From Candidatus Omnitrophota bacterium (GTDB lineage: Bacteria > Omnitrophota > Gorgyraeia > 2-02-FULL-51-18): 64,000 nt of DNA. Position numbers and translations under genes: made by a program. Location of the stretch: contig CAMDWQ010000010.1 in assembly GCA_945877765.1 (NCBI GenBank), forward strand, positions 5,679-69,678. The letters are read 5' to 3'. Shown here in pieces: positions 38,962 to 50,900 of this stretch; the stretch's first letter is position 1, and each line of letters begins with the position of its first letter. Under the pieces are notes generated by a model that ran no database searches, had not been told where the DNA came from, and saw only the letters and a list, made by a program, of their open reading frames with translations.

Positions 38962-41900
38962 ATGCGCCGCTCGCCTTATTTAAAAATTATTTCGTTAGCT
39001 CTGATCATTAGCTTTTCCTTCTCCAACCTCCTCTATGCCGCCGACCCACGGGATCTCTTAAACGCCGCCAAAGCAGGCTTTGCCCTAGAAGACCAACGGC
39101 GTACCGGCGGGGAAGCGCCCCTAAATAATCAATCGCAAGGCTATGCCCAAGGATTGGTTGATCAGAAAAACAACCTAGCAGACCTAGAGCAATTAAACTT
39201 TTCTTTAACGACACAAAACGGAGATATTCTTAAGTATGCAGGCGATAAGCTAGCCCAGATCCAGCGGCCCGATGGAACGATTCTTCAAAATATTGTTTTA
39301 GCCGCGGACGGCAAAATCCAGAATGCGGATTTAAAACTCTTTGACGGTTCGATTCAGGTTTTTCAAAATGGCCAAGTCATAGGCTATGAGACTCCCGATG
39401 GAACCCAAGTCTTTTATGCCAACAGCCAGATACAAAAAACCATTTCTAAGAGTGGTGTTGAAACCCTCTACGCCTACACCAAAGACGCCAATGGGAAGGT
39501 CCTTGAGACTATCCTTGAGAACTCTCAAGCTAAAACCATCTATGATGCCCAAGGCAAATTAAAGGAAGTGTATCAGAAAGGACTATCTCAGCGGATGGTC
39601 TATCAGGCAGGAATTCTTCAAAGCATCACTCTGCAAGATGGCTCTCAAGCCCTTTTCCAAGCACAGACCATCAATAGCCAAGTCAAAGTTACGTTTAAGT
39701 CATATGTGGATGCGAATGGCAACACGTATGTGAATGATATGCAGTATCTTCTGAAAGATGGCTCTTCGCTAAAAAATATTATCTGGGGTAGTGATGGAAA
39801 AGTGGTTAATGCCTTACTCGAAAGCATCGACGGCAGCACCTACACTTTTACTAACAAGGTAATTACCGCCATTAGGCTTCCCAGCAATTGGGTACTCTCT
39901 TCCATCACCTGGGATACTCAAGACAAATTAAAAGACGGGATTCTTACGGATTTGGCTAATAACCAGTGGACCTATCAAGCGGGGGCACTGGTATCAATCA
40001 AGCTTCTGGACGGATCTATTCTATCGAGCATCACCTGGGATGCCCAAAATAAGATCAAAACTGCTAATTTAATAGACGCGCAAAAAAAGGAATACACTTT
40101 TGCCAATAATCAGCTCTCACAGCCTCTCAATGCGATCGCCTTTCAGCTTGATACCCAATACGGCCTTGTTGCCGGCAATAGCACCTACCAGTTCAACTGG
40201 GCGGGCAAGAATGAAAAATGGTTTAAGGCCAACAATAATACTTGGTATTTTATTCTCCCTGATGGCAAGGTGTATCTTTGGAATTCCGTTGCGGGTAAGA
40301 ACCTCACCACCTCCACGCTTGTAGTGACGCTAAACAGCAGTTATTGGGAAGATCCGGCATTTCTCTGTGATGCCTCCGATAGGGCAATAGTTCTCCAGCT
40401 TGATACTCAATATAGCCTTGTTCCCGGAAGCAGCACCTACCAATTCAACTGGGCCGGTCAGAATGAAAAGTGGTTTAAGGCCAACAACAATACCTGGTAC
40501 TATATTCTTCCCACAGGTCAATTGTATCTTTGGGATGCCAAGGGTGGTAAGAATCTCACCACCTCGACACTGGCAGCCACCCTCAACAGCCATTTTTGGG
40601 AAGACCCCACAAAGGTCCATCTTGCTTTTGAGAGAGCTGCTCTAGAAAGCACCGCGCTAAATCTAGATCGCCAGTACGCTCTTATTCCCAGTAGTAGTAA
40701 TTATTTCTTAAATTGGGCCGGTCAACAGGAAAAATGGTTTAAGAGTAGTAGCGGTACTGCCCAGTATTTTATACTCTCCGACGGAAGCTTGTATCTATGG
40801 AATCAACCCGCCGGAAAAAACCTCGCTACCTCCACAAAGCTTGCCACCCTCAGCGCTGATTACTGGGCAAATCCGACACTTCTTTGCCGCGCCTATGACC
40901 GCACAGTCGCAGTAGTCGTCACAAGCGCCTACACCGCAAAGATTATAGGTATCACCAAACCGCAAATTTCCGTGTCCAAAAGAACGCTCAGCGCGTCGAA
41001 ATTAAACATCGCTACTCTGAGCGCCGCTTTTTCGTTTAATTCAATTTTGTATAACACGGATGGAAGTTTTGCTCAGATCCTAGAAAAGGACAACACGACG
41101 CTTAATTTCAAAAATAATCTTTTGGTGGATGCCAAAGACGCGCAGGGAAAAATCATCCATTTTGATTTCACGGAGAGTGCTTTTGGAAATCTTTTAGGTT
41201 CAAGCCTCACGCAGAGCGGCGCGACATCCACCTATGATGAACAGGGAAATCTTTCCTCGGTAAAAGTGGGTGATACGACGATTCATTACAGCGCGGAAAA
41301 TAAAATCGAGTCCGTTGAGAAGGCGGACGGGACACGAGTGGAGAATATTATTTTTGATGCGCAAGGGAATATTCATGATGCCAAGATGACCGCGCCCGAT
41401 GGGACTCAGAGGACCTATCAGGCCAAAAAAATGATTCGTGAAAAAAAAGCTGATGGCACGGAGACTGATTTTGTGGACGGCAAGCCTTCGGTGACGCGGA
41501 TGGCGGACGGGCGGGTGTATGTCTATTCGCCGGCGGCTATTATCGGGAACTCTGCCGCTTTTAGGAGTATTTTGACGCAGTACGTCTCTGACGATGGAAG
41601 CGCTGTCTATGTCAATGACGGCATTCCCTTTAAAATCCAGACTAAGTCGGGCATGGTGTTGACAAATCTTGTGTTCGCGCTAGACGGTACTCTGACGGAT
41701 GCGATCGGATCTTTTACTGGGCCCGATGAAAATCAGATGACTTTAACCTATCAAGGTAAGGAAGTCAGGCAAATCATTTCCGCTGACGGCTCACGTCTAT
41801 TTTATGAAAATAATCGGCTTAAAAGCATGACCAAGCCCAATGGCGAGCAGATTATCTACGAATACACCCTCGATGGTGATGGGGAGATCTTGAAGATTAT

Positions 41901-44900
41901 TCTTAAAGACGCCTCTGGTACGCGGATTTATAATCCTGCTTTTGGAAAATCGTCCGAGCTTGTGGATGATGATTTGGTGAATCAGGACGGGGGAGAAGTC
42001 GATTTGGGACGCGCACTTCCTGCGATGGACCTATTGAGTTATTTCAAGGCGATCGAAAATACGACTACCCATTTGCCGGAAAGTCATGTGGGTATCAATG
42101 ACCCGCTGACTATTTCTTATACCTACGATGTGGCGCTGTATCTTTTGGCGGGAGCGTCTAGTGGCGGAGCTATTTTAGATTACATTATCAGTAACCCGGA
42201 AAAAATGATTAATACGACGTACGTCCCATCTGGCGGCATGTATAGCGATCTATCGACGTTGGGCGGTCAGGCGGGATTTGATCGAAACAGTGTGGTGGCG
42301 GGACCCAACGCGTGGATTGGTTTGGCTGCCTTGAAGCAATATCAAAAAACACAGGACGTAAAATATCTCAATTTTGCCAAAGCCCGAGCGGCCTTCATCA
42401 AGACGCTCTCGGATCCGTCAGGCGGTATCGTCATGGGGCCTGCAGGTCAATGGGGGATTCCCCCCTTCTCAGATCTTAAGTCCACGGAAAATAATCTATC
42501 CGCCCTCTATTTATACCAAGCGCTCTATACAGCGACCAATGACGCGCAATATCTTGCCGCGGCGGATAGTCTCTGGGCCTACGTAAAGACTCTTTATGAC
42601 CCGACCTTACACGCTTTTAGCCGCGGGGAACACAAGGGCGGCGGGGAGTGGCTTAAAGACAGTGCCAATGTTTTTGCCACGGACGTTTTGGCGTGGATGC
42701 CGTTTGAGCGCGTGGTGAATGATTCATTTTTTGGAGCGGATGTATTAGCCCGGCTAAAAGAAGTCGAGAATATGATTCGTGCCGCGGAGAAATACACGGG
42801 TCTTTTTACTCCGGTCGGTGATATTCAGGGTTTTAGTTATTCACCTGAGAGTAAAGATCGCAGTGTGATTTCCATTGAGTGGTCTGCTCAGATGGCCAAT
42901 CTTTATCTAAAAATTGCCCGCAGTTATAAGCAACTAGGAAATGACGTCAAATACCGTTTTTATGGATCTCGCTATCAAAAGTTGACCGCCTCGCTTGAGA
43001 CATTCGTCAAGACAGATGCTTCGGGTGTGAGTAGGGCTCCTTATGCTGTGTATCAAAATGGAAAAGGCGCTTACGGCGAGTTTACAGGGCATGGTTGGGC
43101 AACCCCTTCTCCCAAAAATCAAAATGGGGATGTTTTTAGCATGGCGAGTATCTATTATCAATTTTCACGTCAAAAAACAGATCCCTTGACCCTCGCCAAT
43201 GGATCCATCCTCTCGGCTAATTACATCAGCCAGGCCGATATTGATAAATATTCGGGCACGAGTTTACGCGATCAAAAATATTTTGACGCCGTGACCTCGC
43301 TTGAGCGCTATGAAAATGAAAAGTTTACGGCGGTATATTCCAAGGGCACTCTACGGAGTATCCAATATGAGAATATTTTGATCAACAATCCTGTGATTGA
43401 TGCCCGTGGATTTTTGGTGTCGGCAGAAATTCACACCCCTGATGGCCAGGTGTACACACTCAAAGATAGAAAATTGGCAACCCTCCTAAGGGCTAATGGG
43501 ACGCTTTTGGGTTATGAAGGAGACCTTATCGTGGATGTAACAGCGCCCAATGGAAAAAAAGTCCATTACACGTACACCAAAAATGCCCAAGGGTATGTGA
43601 CCGGCATCGCTGTGGAATACAACACCGGAAATGGGTGGATCGGTAAACCGATAGCGGAGTACTTATTTGATCCTGCCAACACCGAAGAAAAACCGATTCA
43701 TCAAACGAATTATCACTTGGCCGGTGATGACTACCGACAAGGTTCTGTTGGATCCTCAACAATTGGTAGCGGAGAATCGGAGTGGTTTGGTTCGGCGCAG
43801 GGACTGGACCCATTAGATCCCGAGGCCCGTCTTGTTTTTGATTCCAGCACGCTGGAGGGGACCGGTGACAGGAATTTTATAGATATTCAAGCGTATCGCT
43901 ACGATCTTGAATGGCCGGACAATATGCTTTCCGTCCAAAATGACAGTTTTGTATTTTTGAGAGCAAAAGAAACAAATTCTTCTACCGATGTTCATTTATC
44001 TCCCTATTGGATGACCGCGTCAGGATTATTGCTTTGGGTGCCGCTTCAAAATGGGTTTGATATCCCTCTCACTGATCAATATCAAAATCATCTGATTTCA
44101 ATCCAACCGGATGCGCTGGTTGTGGGTAGAAAAACATTTAACCTCCGCCTGGTTTTCGCGACGCCCATGCCCGCAGCCGCCCCATGGAAAATTTCTATCG
44201 CGGAGATGGATTATTTTCAATTAAAGCACATTGAGCCCGAGGATTACTTGCAGTACTTAAATCTTTCCCAAGAGCAGATGCTGGACGTTTCTAGGAAACC
44301 TTTAAAAAATGACGCCATGGATCTCCTTGAAGGGTCTCAGATCGTATCCAATTTTAATCATCAAAAGGAAGCCGAAAAGTTTTTGATCGCCATGGATCTT
44401 GACGCCAACTACAACTATTTATCCGGGACACGTGTGGATAAAAGTGTGGAGCGATATGCGGGCGGTAAGGTGGCAAGCCTGCTCAAGAATGGCTCTGAAG
44501 AGACCTACGAGTACGATGTCAACGGGCAGATCCAAAAAGTCATCAATAAAGACGCCGCGACTCAAGCGGTAAAGACAGTCACGTATTATCAATACGGACG
44601 CATCCGGCGGGTCGAGGACGCATCTGCGAAAGCGCTTTATACCTACAGCTACCAGACGGATTCTGCCAACAATGAAATTACACTCGTCAAAGATGAGGCA
44701 ACGGGGGAGCTAAAGCATTATCAAGGTAGTCGGCTCACGCAGATGGACAATGCCGACGGCACGCGAACGCTTTATTTTTATGAAAATACGGATGAGAGGA
44801 TTTCTCGCTCGCAGATCATGAGCGGTCAGAGTATCCTTGCAAAGTTTTCCTATTCCTATGAGGGCGCCAACACGCTTGTTACTGACGCTGATGGCGCCAC

Positions 44901-47900
44901 GAAAGTCTATGACGCCAACAACCTGCTTCTATCGATCATCACTCAAGGAGGTTTGGAATACCGGTTTAATCATTTAAAAGATGAGGCGGGCAATGCCGTG
45001 GAGGAGCAATTTTTGTATTCGGCCAAAACTGAGGATGGAATGACGCTCTTTTATAAAAATGACACCGTGGACAAAATTCAGCTAAAAGACGGGACCGTGA
45101 TTAATGTTTCCGAGGCGGATCAGGATTTGTATCAAAAAGTACTGATTAAGCAAGGCCTCGTGGACCAGGTGATTCATAAGACCGGGGAGCTTGCCGTTTA
45201 TATCCGTAATAATCGCGGGGATTTGAAAGAAGTCCGTGTCAGTAAAGCTGGGCAGGAGTACCGCTACACGCCCGATGGCCGTCTCGTAAGCCGCACAGAT
45301 GTTGGCGGCGTCACTTATCATTATGGATATATTTTGGATGGGGCTGGAAATATATCCAAGACGCGCGTGGTAAAGCGTACGGCAAAATTAATTGGGGGCG
45401 ATCTGCCAACAGTGGATCCGAATACCGGTGATTTTCTGAGACTGAGTGTTTTGTCTGCCGGGATTGTGGATGGGTGGAACGCAGGTCTATTTGCCAATGA
45501 CGAAGGTGTGGGGCATTTTGATACCAATTTCTGGCGGAATTCGTCGGATCAATGGACAGGCCGTGGGTATGACGTCGCCGTTGTCGATGCCAAAGGCAAA
45601 CTTATTAAGTCCGATCTTTTCGATATCTGGCAGCTTGGGGGCTCAGAAGCCGACCGGATGGCACAGTTTATTGAGCAAGTCCCTGTGGGAAATTATGTCC
45701 TCATGGCGGTCGGTGATGAAGGCGCTCTCAACATGACCGAGCGCGCTTACAAAGCCCTTGAGTCGCTGGGAAGCGCTCAGATACGAAATCTAAAGTTCAG
45801 GGGATCGTGGGGTCTTATTGGTAGAAAAGGTGCCGCTATTGGCACAGCCATCGAAGGTCTCCGAGATAGCCAAAAAGGCTACGTCTCTTTGCAAAATTAT
45901 GATACCGAGTATAGCTATTTTGATAAAAAGGGTGTTCCGATACCCTACGACCAATTCACCGCCGTTATTTCTCAAAATTGGAACAGTAGCTACCAGAGTT
46001 ATGTGGGGGATGCGGGGGAAATTCTTAAGACATCGGTCTATAGTGATGAATATGCTATCGCCTATCACAAAAATTATAATGAGCTCTATCCTGACTCCGG
46101 TTTTATTCAACTTTGGAATGACCGTTACCTTAATCAATTTACAGTCAATGAGTATGCCCAGGGAATCATAGATAAGGTTTCAACTACGGCTACCGCCAAA
46201 TATGTCTATTACGATAGCCGCTACCCGTTTAATTATGTCCACCCGCTTTTTGCAGTCGCTCTAAAAAATATTCTGGCGGCCAATGGCTTTCGGGTGATTG
46301 ATGCCAACCAGCTTGCGGAAGTCATGAAATTAGAAGGTTCTCACGCGGTGATTGTCTCGGCGCACGATGTGATGCCGGATACCATCTATGACCCCAATTC
46401 TATTTTTTCTATTTCTTATCGAAAGCTTTCGCGTACTTTTATGGAGAATGGCGGCACGCTCGTGTGGATGGGGGATCTGCCTTTTTATTACACGGGACAC
46501 GCGGACGGCAGTAAGACCATTGTCGGTGAGATCGGAGCGAAGACAGTTTTGGGGGTGATGCCTCTGGCGCGCGGCCTTCGTGCTCCGGTGAGTAGGACCT
46601 ATGTGCAAACTTTTGATGAATGGACGTTTATTAGCGGATGGATTCACGGAAATGGCGCGACGATTCAAAACGGGACTCTCCGACTGACTTCCCAATTGCC
46701 ATCAATAGTAGGCTCGGCAAGCGACCAAAACTTCAAGCCATCAACCGGGCTTTTGCGGTATACGGTTGATTTTAAAAATAATACGCTCAACTCAGGCTTT
46801 GAAACTTATCTAGAATTTCAAAATTTTACCCCTTATCAGACTCTGGGGATTCGCCAGGAAAACGGTGTGTTTAAATTTATAGGAAAGACTCCAGTGACCG
46901 GCGGATCGTCAGTGATTACCAATTTGGGCCAAGCTGCTTATGTTGCCGGCGTGGAATACACAGTGATTTTTGAAACCGAAAACAATGTCCTTAAAGTATT
47001 TTTATATCAAAAAAATCAGCCACAGCCCGAGGTGCCTACATTTTCAATCGCTAATGTGGACCCAAGCGTTGGGGCGAGTATTGGATTTAATATTCAGCAG
47101 GGTGAGGCGTTGGTCACAAGTCTTAAAAGAGATGAGAGGGAATACGAGATTATTTCTACGCAAGCGCCAAGCATTACTCCCGATTTTAGTTTGAAGGGCG
47201 GCGAGGCGGCGTTGGATACCTCCTTGCTTTATTTCGATACCAATGTCAATTTCCGGACGGTGCGTTGGGACAAGATTCAGGAATCGATTGGCTATTCGCT
47301 TGATAGCGATACGGCCGTGGTGTCCGATTACGATAAAAATGGTGATCTTATTTCCATTGCCAAGGCGGATCGCACGGTGACCACGTATGAAAACCAAAAA
47401 GTGCAGTTGGTGACGGACATCAACGGGTATGTTCTTGTGGAGTACGCTTACGATGCACAGGGTGCTTTGACTTCCATTACCAATGTCGGCCAAAGAAGAG
47501 AGCTCGCCGATCACATTGAGGACGCCAAAGACCGGGCCAATTTTGAGAAGCTATTTCTTTTTGAAGATGTTGCCATTGAGCATAATCTTACCGCTGGAGA
47601 GCCCATTGCTAAAAGTGCTCGCATCAGGTCGTTGGCGCACAGCGCCAATGTTCTCGACGGCGGACCTGAACCAGGAAGGTCATCGATGGGCATTGTTGCC
47701 GATGAGCTCATCAGTGAGCACGCAGAAAAATATCGCCAAGAGAATCCAAAGACGCTCGAGGGGGAAGTAGGAACAGACCCTTTCTGGATACAGGTTGCCG
47801 ATGGGTACTTGGCATACTCCAGCGCGAGACTGGAAGCGCTAAAAGTTTTACGTAGTACTCAAGATATCAAAGCCAAGAGCAGGGACGCCAAGAAAGAAAA

Positions 47901-50900
47901 GTCCAAGGCTCTTGACCGGGTGCGGGACATTATCCGAGATATCGACAACAGGGAAAATGAATATCACCAGACGGTGCTTCAAGCGATTTTCAATTTCAGC
48001 GCCGCTGTGCTCCAGCAGAAAAAAAATGAAATTGAGGCCGATTATCAAAAGGCATTTGATGCGCTCGCAGTGCAGACGAGCAATTTTGAAAAAGAAATCC
48101 AGAAAGAAGAGTCCAAGCCCGTCATCTCCGATTATTACCGCTCTATCTTAGGTCGCGATGCCACCAGCGCTGAGATTGAATCCTATTATCCGCAAATTGC
48201 ACAAAATGGAAAAATCAACGCCGCGGCTTTGGGCGTCAACTTGCGAAATTCAGCTGAGTTTATCCAAAGAACCAGTCGCGTTGGTAAGATTCGCGGGGAT
48301 GTCGAAGCGGCGCTGGATGAATATGTTTCTGCAGACACAGGCAAAAAAGCTACCCTTCTTGCCTCGCTAGGTCTTACTCCCTCCGAAGTCGTTAACCTCT
48401 CCGCGCAAGACATTCAAAAAATAAAAGATTACCTTCGTTCTCAAGCCCTGCATTTTGGCGAATCCGCTATCGAATCTTTGATGGCGCTGATCAAGTCCAG
48501 GGGGATTTCTCCCAACCGCGACGAATTGGCCGCCAAGCTCATTCTCATTGATATCTTCGCGGGCATCATTCACCCCTATTTGAAAGAAGGGGAGGAAATG
48601 CTCCTGTCGGCTTATTCGCTTCAGAAAGTCGCCGCTTTTTACGGGGTGGAAGCACAGACACTAAATCTTACCTATGAAGACATGCTCGCCATTTTTTCTG
48701 CAGGAACATCCTCTGCACGAGCGATTTTACACACAGAAGGTATTCATTATTCGGTGCTTACCGCGATCACCGCTGACCAAGTGACTATCCTTGAATACAA
48801 CGGTGATTCCCGCACCATGTCCAAGGCCGATTTTCTAAAATCGTGGAAGGGGGTAGCCCTTGTTGAAAAATCTACCGCCGCCCCCGTTCTCACCGGCCCC
48901 CAGAAATCAGCCACCGCACGTGTATTAAATTCAGATGAAGCCCGACAGATCAAGGGTGGATTCTTTATGTTTATCCCTTTTATCTTCACGATGCTTGCGC
49001 ATATAGCCGCGACCATCGGCGCCATCATTGCTAGCATCGGTACGATTATTGCCCAGATTGGCATCATGGTCGGCCAGATCCTACAGGGTTTGGGCGGCCT
49101 TCTATACCAGTTCGCCCAAGGCGTCGGCGCCGTTGTCAAAGGTCTCTGGACCGGCATCAAATTTGTCGGCATGAAAATTTTCACAGGCTTCGCCAAATTT
49201 TTCGGCCCGACCCTCGCCAAAGCCGCCGCCGGTGAGGCACTAAAGGTTACTGTTGGCCAGACCATTCTCAACAATGTCATCCGAATGGGTGTTAGCTACG
49301 TCGTCTCCAAAGGCCTCGACGCGCTGGGCGTGGACCCTATTGTCACGAGCATCATCTCAACGTTTGTGACAGGCGGGATGCACGGAGGATTTACCTCGCA
49401 AGGCTTCAATTTCGGCTTCAGCCTAGCCGACGGCCTCAAAGCAGGTCTCCAGTTAGGCGCCAAAACATTCCTCCAAGCCGCCGGGCTTGACCCCCAGCTT
49501 TCGGGAATCTTATCGATGACGACAGGCCCCTTGGTGAATGGGGTGTGGACGGGGAATGTGGGGGGAGAGTTATTTAAGATTGCGCCGGAGCTTACAACCA
49601 GCTTAGCTCAATACGGGATAGACAAACTCGGAAAATCGCTGGGGTTGGATCCGAGGCTGACAGGATTGATTTCAGCGCCAATCTCATTGGCGATAGGGAA
49701 AAATTTCCAGACTGGGAATATCTTCGGCCAAGATGTCATTAAGGCCGTCCAAGATGGCATTTTCCGAGGAGCTATCGCGTACGGCGTCGACTTTGCCGCC
49801 AATAGAATTACCGACAACAAGCTTCTTCAAGCCTTAAGCTCACGGCTTATCTCTGGAGCCATTGAAGGAACATTCCTTCAAAAAGATCTCTTTGCGGGAG
49901 TCGTTGGCGCCCTAAAGCAATCCGTTGTCGGCATTTTTGGAGCTAACCAAAGCGATGTTCTCGGCAATATTGTAAACTTCTCAACATTGGTGGCACAAAA
50001 TGGTTTTAAGAACGCCGCAGAGCTCTATTTGACCAATATCTTCAACAAACAGAGTATTGAAGCCATCTATCGCTTGGGCGGTATCGCAAGCGCTCTAGCG
50101 TCTCCTAAAACTCAAGTCACTCTCCCCGACGGAAGAGTTGCCTATCAGACAGTCACCTCCTCGGGAGAAGCGATAATCTTTGACGCCATGAACAACCTGC
50201 TCGGCTTTCAGAGAAACGGTCTTTATCAGATAGGAGGGTTTGGTATCACCAGCGCCGGATCCTTTGGGCTTATCAGTGGAAAATCTTTTGGAATGATCGC
50301 CGGCGGCTCATCATTTGAAGCCTCCATCCAAAATGGAAAAGTGACACAAATCACAACCTACACCGACCAAGTCCGCCTGGATATAGATTTGGGTGAAGGA
50401 ACGGATGGCATTCGTTTTGATTCCGACGGAAACCTGACCGATGGAAGGATGACGTTGGATGAGAGGATAGATTTTACGGTAGTCAATGGCACTGTTTACG
50501 GGATTGAGCTAGATAAAGAAAATCCAAATACAACCTCCGTTAACGATGCGTATGCGTTTGCTGAGCGTATTATTAGTGCTGTGCTGGATGGCTCGGGGAG
50601 TTCGAGTTCTGGGTCTAGCGTGATTGACCAATTGCAAAAAGAGCTCATCACTTACTATCTATTTGGTAATGGATTTGAGAATGAAAGAAGGAAAGAAGAT
50701 ACCCTTGATCCGCTTTTGAAGTTTTATACAGATAATCTGGAATTCGATGATCCTAAAGTGATTACTGAGGGTCAAAAAATTGTGGTGGATCTCTATGAAT
50801 TTACCAAAGTCGCCGGAAACGGTTTGGATTGGCTAGGGGATTTCAATCCCGTATTTTTAGTTTTGTTGTTAGGCGTGTTAGGCCTGACCTACGTCGCCGC

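Noticed and set aside
47044-49280. Minus-strand ORFs of 156 and 177 aa (47044..47514, 48747..49280) and several plus-strand out-of-frame ORFs inside the giant gene.
   Set aside because: They are embedded in a continuous 12.7-kb plus-strand ORF with coherent domain content, so they are shadow frames.
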